Shown piece after piece: positions 36,235 through 43,682 of a DNA stretch of 49,560 nucleotides. Both the position numbers and the translations under genes were made by a program. Position 1 is the first letter of the stretch; the number at the start of each line of letters is the position of its first letter. The notes beneath the pieces were generated by a model. The model saw only the letters and a program-made list of their open reading frames with translations. It did no database searches and was not told where the DNA came from. Source of the stretch: Chromatiales bacterium (GTDB lineage Bacteria > Pseudomonadota > Gammaproteobacteria > Steroidobacterales > BM003); assembly GCA_029864735.1 (NCBI GenBank), contig JAOTSW010000001.1, forward strand, positions 1-49,560, in the 5' to 3' direction.

Positions 36235-37545
36235 TTGAGCCAAAGTAATACAGGCGTGATACCAGACAAGATTGGTAAATACGTCATCATCAACGAAGTG
36301 GGTCGTGGTAGCACTGGCAGGGTGTTCCTTTCCCATGATCCCTACTACGGGCGTGATGTGGCCATCAAGGTATACAAGAACGAGGCTACCGACCAAGACG
36401 ACAAGGCACGTGTGGCCCGGAAAATGTTTTTCAATGAGGCCCACATGGTGGGCAAGTTGCAGCATCCGAATATCCTGCCAATTTTCGACGCTGGTGAGGA
36501 AGAAGGGCGGTATTACGTGGTCACCGAGCACGTGCACGGGGCCCGGACGCTGGCCGCTTACACCAAGCCGGGAAATCTGCTTCGGGTGGATGATGTAGTC
36601 GAGATCACCTACAAGTGCGCCAAGGCCCTGTCCTATGCCCACGGACGGGGTGTGATACACCGGGACATCAAGCCCAGTAACCTGATGCTGACCCTTGATA
36701 ATGATGTGCGCATCATCGATTTTGGTATTGCCATCGTCAAGGATGCCGATGTATCGCGTATCCAGGGCATAGCGGGATCACCCAGTTATATGTCGCCGGA
36801 GCAGGTGCAGTCCGACGAGATAACTCATCGTGCTGATTTGTATGCCCTGGGCGCCACCATGTATGAGTTGCTGACTGGGGACAGGCCGTTCAAGGCCAAC
36901 AACCTGGGCAAGTTGCTCCACCAGATTGTCTATTCCACGCCGCCCCCGATTCACACGCTGCGTGCGGAAATTCCCGAGGAACTGGAAAACATTGTTTCCA
37001 AGGCAATGCAGAAAGATCCCGAGAATCGCTACAAGAACGGAAACGAGTTTGCGGCTGATCTGACCAAGGTCTTCAAGAACCTGCGAAGTCAGAATGACAC
37101 CGTGGACCGTCAGGAACGCTATGACACGCTTCGCAAGCTGCGTTTCTTTCACGAATTTTCTCACTCCGAGATCTGGGAGTTGCTGCGGGCCAGTGAATGG
37201 CGGGAGATGGAGCAGGGCGAAGAGATTGTCCGCGAAGGCGAAATGGATGACCGTTTCTACGTCATCGTCGATGGCGGTGTCGGGGTGGAGCGGGCTGGCA
37301 AGGCAGTGGCGATACTCGGCCAGGGCGATTGTTTCGGCGAGGCCAGCTACGTCAGCGGCGCCCGCAGAACTGCAACGATCCGCGCCACCGAGCACGTTAT
37401 CCTGATCTGTGTCAGTTCAACTCTGCTCGAACAGGTGTCTTCCGCCTGCCAGTTGCGGTTCAACCGAGTGTTCCTGCGTTCACTGATCCGTCGCCTGCAA
37501 CGCATGGACGGCCTGGCAGCATCTACTGACAAGCTCTCCGCCTGA
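36235..37545 (+). CDS. Hanks-type Ser/Thr protein kinase with C-terminal cyclic-nucleotide-binding domain
   Basis: Kinase motifs are GRGSTGRV, VAIK, HRDIKPSN, DFGIA and SPSYMSPE. The C-terminal CNB domain has an intact phosphate-binding cassette (FGEASYVSGARRTATIRA). The start codon is uncertain: TTG 36235 (24 nt after the pgpA stop), a GTG about 36256, or GTG 36178 overlapping pgpA. No in-frame ATG lies near the N-terminus. Confidence 0.85.
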   Translation: MSQSNTGVIPDKIGKYVIINEVGRGSTGRVFLSHDPYYGRDVAIKVYKNEATDQDDKARVARKMFFNEAHMVGKLQHPNILPIFDAGEEEGRYYVVTEHVHGARTLAAYTKPGNLLRVDDVVEITYKCAKALSYAHGRGVIHRDIKPSNLMLTLDNDVRIIDFGIAIVKDADVSRIQGIAGSPSYMSPEQVQSDEITHRADLYALGATMYELLTGDRPFKANNLGKLLHQIVYSTPPPIHTLRAEIPEELENIVSKAMQKDPENRYKNGNEFAADLTKVFKNLRSQNDTVDRQERYDTLRKLRFFHEFSHSEIWELLRASEWREMEQGEEIVREGEMDDRFYVIVDGGVGVERAGKAVAILGQGDCFGEASYVSGARRTATIRATEHVILICVSSTLLEQVSSACQLRFNRVFLRSLIRRLQRMDGLAASTDKLSA

Positions 37546-37547
37546 GC

Positions 37548-37571
37548 CCTGGTATCCATGCGGATACCGGG
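37548..37571 (+). terminator. Stem-loop just after the kinase stop (possible terminator, no U-tract)
   Basis: GGTATCC (37551-37557) pairs with GGATACC (37562-37568) around a 4-nt loop. The stem extends to about 10 bp with flanking CCT/GGG. Confidence 0.35.
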
Positions 37572-37663
37572 AATCAAACAGACAATTCAATGACTGAAGT
37601 CCTGTTTCCCGTGGGGAAGTTGCAGCCTTGCGCCCATGGCGCCGGGCCCGGGGCGGGGGTGCC

Positions 37664-38488
37664 TCAGGCCTCCAGGTCCTTGTCTTTCTCGATCAGGGCG
37701 TAAGCCGAATGGTTGTGAATGGACTCAAAATTCTCTGATTCCACAACGTAGCCCCGCACCCGGTCTTCATTGTTCAGGCGAACAGCGATGTCGCGCACGA
37801 TATCTTCCACAAACTTGGGATTGTCGTAGGCGCGCTCGGTCACGTACTTTTCGTCCGGCCGTTTGAGGATGCCGTACAACTCGCAAGAGGCTTCCTCTTC
37901 CACGATGTCCACCAGTTCTTCCAGCCACATAAAGCCCTCGATCCTGGCCGAAATAGTGACGTGGGAGCGTTGGTTGTGAGCGCCGCGATCGGAGATCTTT
38001 TTTGAACAGGGGCAAAGGCTGGTAACCGGTACAACCACTTTAAGAGTCATGGCATTCTTGCCATTCTTGTGTTCGCCAATGAACGAGGCCTGGTAGTTCA
38101 TCAGGCTCTTGACGCCCGAAATCGGCGCCTTCTTGTTGATGAAGTAAGGGAACTCCATTTCGATGTGACCGGCATCTGCATCCAGGTGCTCGGTCATTTC
38201 CGAGAGCATTACGCGGAAGGACTTAACTGAAATTTCGTGCTCGTGGTTGTGGAGGATTTCCACGAACCGTGACATGTGGGTGCCCTTGAAGTCCTGGGGC
38301 AGGTTCACATACATATTGAACCGGGCAACCGTGTGCTGGTCGCCACCGGCGCGGTCACTCACGCGTACCGGGTGGTAAATATCCTTGATGCCAACCTTGT
38401 TGATCGGGATGCGGCGGGTGTCCGCGCGGCCTTGCACATCTTCTATTTCGGCGATGCCGGCACTACGGCCCTTGGAGTCCTGGTTCAT
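37664..38488 (-). CDS. folE2: GTP cyclohydrolase I type 2 (FolE2 / GCYH-IB)
   Basis: FolE2 motifs are present ([33 protein letters not shown]...GAHNQRS). The ATG at 38488 has a GAGGAA SD 9 nt upstream. The ORF-track start at 38542 is probably too long. Confidence 0.9.
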   Translation of the reverse strand: MNQDSKGRSAGIAEIEDVQGRADTRRIPINKVGIKDIYHPVRVSDRAGGDQHTVARFNMYVNLPQDFKGTHMSRFVEILHNHEHEISVKSFRVMLSEMTEHLDADAGHIEMEFPYFINKKAPISGVKSLMNYQASFIGEHKNGKNAMTLKVVVPVTSLCPCSKKISDRGAHNQRSHVTISARIEGFMWLEELVDIVEEEASCELYGILKRPDEKYVTERAYDNPKFVEDIVRDIAVRLNNEDRVRGYVVESENFESIHNHSAYALIEKDKDLEA

Positions 38489-38626
38489 CAGTAAGGTTTC
38501 CTCAAGAATAATAAAAACCAGGCGATTACGGCCTGGATTCATCGGTGATCAGATGGGCGGATAGTAGATATTTAGACCCATTTTAACTCATTGATTCGAG
38601 TTTCGCCCGGCAATGGATTCAATTTA

Positions 38627-38639
38627 GTCATATTGTAAC
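38627..38639. promoter_or_regulatory. Candidate Zur-box-like imperfect palindrome upstream of folE2
   Basis: The minus strand reads GTTACAATATGAC. It matches 11 of 13 positions of the core GTTATAATATAAC of the enterobacterial Zur box (recalled from memory). It also contains a TACAAT -10-like hexamer and lies about 140 nt upstream of the folE2 ATG. Confidence 0.25.
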
Positions 38640-38704
38640 GAGGAATTGGCTGTTTGCGTAGGCGTCTGCTATTGCGCGGGGACGTGCGTAACGTCATGAT
38701 TCCC

Positions 38705-38974
38705 ATGTTAACCGACGATATTGGGATTACCGTGGCAAAAAGCAAGACCGAGGATCTGGATTTCGAGGCGGCCATGGCCGAGCTGGAAAGTCTGGTAGAG
38801 CGCATGGAAGCAGGAGATCTGCCCCTGGAGGAGACCCTCAAGCAGTTTGAACGGGGGGTCACCCTGACCCGCCAGTGTCAGACTGCTCTCAGGGAAGCGG
38901 AACAAAAAGTCCAGGTTCTAAGCGGGTCAGGCGAGAATGCCGAGCCGGAGGATTTTGCGCCCTCTGAGGAGTAA
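38705..38974 (+). CDS. xseB: Exodeoxyribonuclease VII small subunit
   Basis: [53 protein letters not shown] aligns with E. coli XseB. The start is uncertain: ATG 38696, ATG 38705 or GTG 38732. Confidence 0.85.
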   Translation: MLTDDIGITVAKSKTEDLDFEAAMAELESLVERMEAGDLPLEETLKQFERGVTLTRQCQTALREAEQKVQVLSGSGENAEPEDFAPSEE

Positions 38975-38986
38975 CCGGATCTTCGG

Positions 38987-39014
38987 TTGACATCGCCCGG
39001 GGTGGGGCTAGAAT
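38987..39014 (+). promoter_or_regulatory. Near-consensus sigma-70 promoter for the rubrerythrin gene
   Basis: The -35 is TTGACA (38987-38992), followed by a 16-nt spacer and a -10 of TAGAAT (39009-39014). It lies about 75 nt upstream of the rubrerythrin ATG. Confidence 0.6.
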
Positions 39015-39024
39015 CGATGAAGAC

Positions 39025-39043
39025 CTTTAGACTAGGTCTAAAG
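39025..39043. promoter_or_regulatory. Perfect inverted repeat (putative operator) overlapping the predicted transcription start
   Basis: The sequence is CTTTAGAC-TAG-GTCTAAAG, with 8-bp perfect arms and a 3-bp spacer. It starts about 10 nt downstream of the -10 hexamer. Confidence 0.45.
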
Positions 39044-39087
39044 AACGATTTCTCCCGTACTTAATCGACCTATAAAGGAGACCTGAA

Positions 39088-39507
39088 ATGGACTTGAAGG
39101 GTTCAAAAACTGAACAAAATCTGAAAGATGCGTTTGCTGGCGAGTCCCAGGCGAATCGTCGCTACCTGTATTTCGCAGCCAAGGCTGACGTGGAAGGCTA
39201 CAACGATGTTGCGGCTGTTTTTCGCTCAACCGCTGAAGGCGAGACCGGTCATGCCCATGGTCACCTGGAATACCTGGAAGCCGTAGGCGATCCCGCTACC
39301 GGCCTGCCCATCGGTCCCACAGGTAACAACCTTAAAGCAGCTATTGCTGGTGAAACCCACGAGTACACCGATATGTACCCGGGTATGGCCAAGTCCGCCC
39401 GTGACGAAGGCTTTGATGAAATTGCCGATTGGTTTGAAACCCTGGCCAAGGCTGAGCGTTCTCACGCCAATCGCTTCCAGAAAGCTCTGGATAGCATGGA
39501 AGACTAG
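39088..39507 (+). CDS. Rubrerythrin-family diiron protein without rubredoxin domain, 139 aa
   Basis: The diiron ligand pattern is present: [15 protein letters not shown] (ExxH), GETHEY (ExxE) and AERSH (ExxH). The protein ends without any C-terminal CxxC pairs. An AAAGGAGA SD precedes the ATG. Confidence 0.9.
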   Translation: MDLKGSKTEQNLKDAFAGESQANRRYLYFAAKADVEGYNDVAAVFRSTAEGETGHAHGHLEYLEAVGDPATGLPIGPTGNNLKAAIAGETHEYTDMYPGMAKSARDEGFDEIADWFETLAKAERSHANRFQKALDSMED

Positions 39508-39533
39508 GCAAAACGTTACTGCTTCGGCAGTTC

Positions 39534-39575
39534 GGGTGGGGGTGATCAGGGTTGCCCCCACCCATTTATAACTTT
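39534..39575 (+). terminator. Intercistronic GC-rich stem-loop with T-rich tail (partial terminator or attenuator)
   Basis: GGGTGGGGG (39534-39542) pairs perfectly with CCCCCACCC (39555-39563) around a 12-nt loop, followed by ATTTATAACTTT. A small UUCG-tetraloop hairpin, ACTGC-TTCG-GCAGT, precedes it at 39518-39531. Confidence 0.45.
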
Positions 39576-39588
39576 CCTGGGAGGCACC

Positions 39589-40935
39589 ATGGCCACGTCA
39601 GGTGGAAGCCGCAGGGAGGGTAGCCTGGAGGCGCCCACCCGTCATCCGTTGGATTGGAAAAACCCCGACTTTTACAACCAAGAATCGCTTTTCAAAGAAA
39701 TGGAGCGGGTCTTCGATATTTGTCACGGCTGCAGACGATGTTTCAGCCTGTGCAATTCCTTCCCCACCCTGTTCGACGCGGTGGATGCGTCAGACACCGG
39801 TGAATTGGACTCTGTTCCCAAGACAGTTTACTGGGACGTGGTGGACCACTGTTACCTGTGCGACATGTGCTACATGTCAAAGTGTCCCTACGTTCCCCCT
39901 CACGAGTGGAACCTGGACTTTCCACACTTGATGCTCAGGGCCAAGGCCAAGCGATTCAAGGATGAGGGAGCTTCCACCCGTGACAAGATTCTCAGTGCCA
40001 CAGACGTTGTGGGACGCCTTGCCGGCATTCCGGTAGTGGCCCAGGCGGTTAACGCGGTCAATCACAGCAAGGCAGGCCGCAAACTTCTCAAGGCGACCAT
40101 GGGCATCCATGAAGACGCCCCGGTGCCGGATTACGCCGCCCGCTCGCTGAAAGCGCGGATGAAATCGGTACCGGTTTTGTCGGCCCAGCCCCAGGAAGCC
40201 GGACCCACGCGAGGCAAAGTTGCCCTGTTTGGAACCTGCTACGGCCGTCATATACACCCGGAGCTTGGCGAAGATATCGCTGCGATTTTCCAGCACAACG
40301 GAATTCCGGTTCAGATGGCCCCGAAGGAGAAATGCTGCGGTATGCCGAAGCTTGAGCTTGGTGACCTGGAGAGCGTGGCTGCGAACAAGGACATCAACAT
40401 CCCTGTCCTGGCTGCACTGGTCGATGATGGTTGGGATATTGTCGCGCCCATTCCATCCTGTGTACTCATGTTCAAGCAGGAACTGCCGCTGATGTTCCCG
40501 GATGACGAGCAGGTGAAAAAAGTCCAGGCGGCGATGTTCGATCCATTCGAATACCTGATGCACAGACACAAGGCCGGACTGCTGGATACACAGTTCAAGA
40601 AGGAACTGGGTAACGTGTCCTATCACGTGGCCTGTCACCTGAGAGTGCAGAACATCGGGCTGAAAACACGCGACGTGCTGTCGCTGGTTCCCGGTACAAC
40701 CGTGGATCCCATTGAACGATGCAGTGGCCACAATGGCACTTATGCCGTGAAGCAGGAATTCCACGATTTCTCGGTGAAGATCGGCAGGCCGGTTGTCCGC
40801 AAGGTGAATGATGCCAAGCCCGACTATTACGCCAGTGATTGTCCAATGGCCGGTGAGCAGATTCGCCACGGGCTGGACGGCGACATGCAACCCACTCATC
40901 CCTTGCGACTGCTACGCATCGCCTATGGGATTTAG
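39589..40935 (+). CDS. Fe-S oxidoreductase with two 4Fe-4S ferredoxin motifs and two CCG-type Cys-rich domains (HdrD/GlpC/LutA-like), 448 aa
   Basis: The ferredoxin motifs are CHGCRRCFSLC and CYLCDMCYMSKCP. The CCG domains are at FGTCYG...KCCGMP and YHVACH...RCSGHNG. A GGGAGG SD precedes the ATG. Confidence 0.85.
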   Translation: MATSGGSRREGSLEAPTRHPLDWKNPDFYNQESLFKEMERVFDICHGCRRCFSLCNSFPTLFDAVDASDTGELDSVPKTVYWDVVDHCYLCDMCYMSKCPYVPPHEWNLDFPHLMLRAKAKRFKDEGASTRDKILSATDVVGRLAGIPVVAQAVNAVNHSKAGRKLLKATMGIHEDAPVPDYAARSLKARMKSVPVLSAQPQEAGPTRGKVALFGTCYGRHIHPELGEDIAAIFQHNGIPVQMAPKEKCCGMPKLELGDLESVAANKDINIPVLAALVDDGWDIVAPIPSCVLMFKQELPLMFPDDEQVKKVQAAMFDPFEYLMHRHKAGLLDTQFKKELGNVSYHVACHLRVQNIGLKTRDVLSLVPGTTVDPIERCSGHNGTYAVKQEFHDFSVKIGRPVVRKVNDAKPDYYASDCPMAGEQIRHGLDGDMQPTHPLRLLRIAYGI

Positions 40936-40990
40936 ACCAATACGGCCGGCCGCAAGCCAGCCAGACGAAGGAGCGGAGAGAATCGCCGTC

Positions 40991-41575
40991 ATGGAAAAAT
41001 TGCAGATCAGCGACCTGTTCAGTCTGGAACATTACCACCGGATTCGTCCCGATTTTCGTAGCAAGGTAATGGCTCACAAGCGCGATCGAAAGGTTTCGCT
41101 GGGCGAATACGCAACCCTTTATTTCGAAGATACCCTGACCATGCAGTACCAGGTGCAGGAGATGCTCCGGGTGGAAAGAATCTTTGAGGAGGAGGGTATT
41201 TTGGAGGAGCTGGAGACCTACAATCCGCTTATTCCCGATGGCAGCAACCTCAAGGCCACCTTCATGCTTGAATATGCGGATGTAGAGCAGCGGCGCCGGG
41301 AATTAGCCAGGTTGGTAGGTGTGGAGAACAAGGTCTGGGCCAGGGTGGCGGGCTTCGATAAGGTCTTCGGTATTGCCAATGAGGACCTGGAGCGTTCCAC
41401 CGGGGAGAAGACTTCATCGGTGCATTTCATGCGTTTCGAATTCACTGACGACATGATTGGCGCGCTCAGGCAGGGGGCGGGACTGTCTTTCGGTGTGGAG
41501 CACGAGCACTGTACGGAGTCTGTCGATCCGGTGCCCGAAACCACCAGGAAATCGTTGCTGGCTGACTTTAATTGA
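40991..41575 (+). CDS. DUF3501-like protein of unknown function, 194 aa
   Basis: The start was trimmed to ATG 40991 (MEKLQISDLFSLEHYHRIRPDFRSKVMAHKR...). The sequence (YFEDTLTMQYQVQEMLRVERIFEE..., YNPLIPDGSNLKATFMLEY) matches my recollection of the DUF3501 family and needs HMM confirmation. Confidence 0.75.
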   Translation: MEKLQISDLFSLEHYHRIRPDFRSKVMAHKRDRKVSLGEYATLYFEDTLTMQYQVQEMLRVERIFEEEGILEELETYNPLIPDGSNLKATFMLEYADVEQRRRELARLVGVENKVWARVAGFDKVFGIANEDLERSTGEKTSSVHFMRFEFTDDMIGALRQGAGLSFGVEHEHCTESVDPVPETTRKSLLADFN

Positions 41576-41723
41576 TGCCCGGGCTTAACCGGATCCATGC
41601 CGCTTGCCGGATTCCCTTTCTGCAACCATCGTATTCATCGATTGGCCGCAGACGAAGGTCGCCATGGGCGGCCCAAAGTGGGTTAGAATCCGCCCATCTT
41701 GTTAACCCCAGAATGATTGGAAC

Positions 41724-43610
41724 ATGAGTCGAGACTACAACGCCTCCGACATTGAGGTACTTAGCGGACTTGATCCGGTGAGGCGCCGCCCCGGCATGTA
41801 CACCGATACAAGCCGACCGAATCACCTTGCCCATGAGGTCGTCGATAACAGCGTCGATGAGGCGCTCGTGGGGCACTGCAAGCGCATTGACGTGGTGCTT
41901 TTCAAGGATGGTTCCCTGCAGGTTAGCGATGACGGTCGCGGTATGCCGGTAGATATTCACCCGGATGAAAAAATTCCCGGTGTGGAACTGATCCTTACCC
42001 GGCTGCATGCAGGCGGCAAATTCTCCGAGGGAAATTATGAGTTCTCGGGCGGTTTGCATGGTGTGGGCGTGTCGGTGGTGAATGCCCTGTCGAAGAATCT
42101 GGAAGTCTGGATTCGTCGCGGTGGCGCCGAGTACAACATGAGCTTCCGGGGAGGAGAAAAGTCCGGTGAGCTGGATGTGGTGGGAAAGGTTGGCAAGGCC
42201 AATACCGGCACCACCATCCGATTCTGGCCAGATCCGAAATATTTCGACAGCGAAAAGTTTTCTGTCCCCCAGTTGCGTCACACCCTGAAAGCCAAGGCGG
42301 TATTGTGCCCCGGGCTGAAAGTGACGTTCAGCAATGAAAAGACCGATGAGAAAGACGAATGGCTGTACCAGGGAGGGCTGGATGAGTACCTGCTTGAATC
42401 CCTGGAGAAGGCCGAGTTCCTGCCCGAGGAACCCTTCAGCGGCTGTCTGACCGGTGCAAGAGAAGCCGCGGACTGGTCGCTGGTCTGGATTACCGGCGGT
42501 GAAAGGGCGGTTTGCGAAAGCTATGTAAACCTGATTCCCACTGTCCAGGGTGGTACCCACGTAAACGGTTTGCGTAGCGGATTGACCGAGGCCCTGAGAG
42601 AGTTCTGCGACTTCCGTAACCTGTTGCCGCGAGGATTGCGCCTGGCCCCCGAGGATGTCTGGGACAGAGTGAATTATGTACTGTCGGTCAAGGTCAGCGA
42701 TCCCCAGTTCTCCGGGCAGACCAAGGAACGCCTGTCTACCCGGGAGTGTGCAGCCTTTGTGATGGGTGCGGTGAAAGATGCCTTCGCCTTGTGGCTGAAT
42801 CAGCATCCGGATACCGGTGAGAAAATCGCACAACTGGCCATCGCCAATGCCCAGACCCGCTTGAAGGCCAGCAAGAAGGTGATTCGCAAGCGGGTGGTCC
42901 AGGGTCCGGCCCTGCCGGGCAAGCTGGCAGATTGCACCAGTCAGCAGCCGGAACTGTCTGAATTATTCCTGGTGGAGGGTGACTCCGCAGGTGGTTCGGC
43001 CAAGCAGGCCAGGGACCGTGAAACCCAGGCGGTTATGCCCCTGCGAGGAAAAATCCTTAATACCTGGGAAGTGGATTCACAGCAGGTGCTGGCATCCCAG
43101 GAAGTTCACGACATCGCGGTAGCCCTGGGTGTTGACCCGGGCAATCCGGATATTTCCGCGCTGCGTTATCACAAGGTCTGCGTGTTGGCTGATGCTGATT
43201 CCGACGGCCTGCATATTGCGACCTTGTTGTGCGCGCTTTTCTTGCGTCATTTCCGTCCCCTGGTGGAAGCGGGGCATATATACATTGCGATGCCACCGCT
43301 GTTCCGGGTGGATGTGGGGCAGCAGGTTTTCTACGCCCTGGATGACTCGGAACGCCTTGGGATTCTCGACCGTATCCAGGCAGAGAAGCTGCGTGGCAAG
43401 GTAAGCGTGACCCGATTCAAAGGCCTGGGTGAAATGAACCCCGGGCAGTTGCGTGAGACCACCATGGCGGCGGATACCCGGCGCCTGGTGCAGTTAACCA
43501 TCTCCGGCTCAGACAAGACAGAGCAATTGCTGGATATGCTCCTGACCAAGAAACGGGCGACGGATCGACGGGCGTGGCTGGAGGAAAAGGGCAACCTGGC
43601 CTCGATATAG
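41724..43610 (+). CDS. parE: DNA topoisomerase IV subunit B
   Basis: It has a GHKL ATPase domain plus a Toprim domain (LFLVEGDSAGGSAKQARDR) and PLRGKILN. The 628-aa length indicates ParE rather than GyrB. Confidence 0.95.
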   Translation: MSRDYNASDIEVLSGLDPVRRRPGMYTDTSRPNHLAHEVVDNSVDEALVGHCKRIDVVLFKDGSLQVSDDGRGMPVDIHPDEKIPGVELILTRLHAGGKFSEGNYEFSGGLHGVGVSVVNALSKNLEVWIRRGGAEYNMSFRGGEKSGELDVVGKVGKANTGTTIRFWPDPKYFDSEKFSVPQLRHTLKAKAVLCPGLKVTFSNEKTDEKDEWLYQGGLDEYLLESLEKAEFLPEEPFSGCLTGAREAADWSLVWITGGERAVCESYVNLIPTVQGGTHVNGLRSGLTEALREFCDFRNLLPRGLRLAPEDVWDRVNYVLSVKVSDPQFSGQTKERLSTRECAAFVMGAVKDAFALWLNQHPDTGEKIAQLAIANAQTRLKASKKVIRKRVVQGPALPGKLADCTSQQPELSELFLVEGDSAGGSAKQARDRETQAVMPLRGKILNTWEVDSQQVLASQEVHDIAVALGVDPGNPDISALRYHKVCVLADADSDGLHIATLLCALFLRHFRPLVEAGHIYIAMPPLFRVDVGQQVFYALDDSERLGILDRIQAEKLRGKVSVTRFKGLGEMNPGQLRETTMAADTRRLVQLTISGSDKTEQLLDMLLTKKRATDRRAWLEEKGNLASI

Positions 43611-43682
43611 GCTGGTAAGCCGCTGATTGGAATTCCCAGGGCCCGGCCAGTATGCACGGGTGACCTCAGAGAGTTGAGAACC

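Noticed and set aside
41664-41697. The inverted repeat ATGGGCGG ... CCGCCCAT (8-bp arms, 18-nt loop) after the DUF3501 gene and before parE, considered as a terminator or operator. It contains a TTAGAAT -10-like sequence in the loop.
   Set aside because: The loop is long and there is no convincing U-tract. It could equally be part of the parE promoter. The evidence is insufficient to call either.
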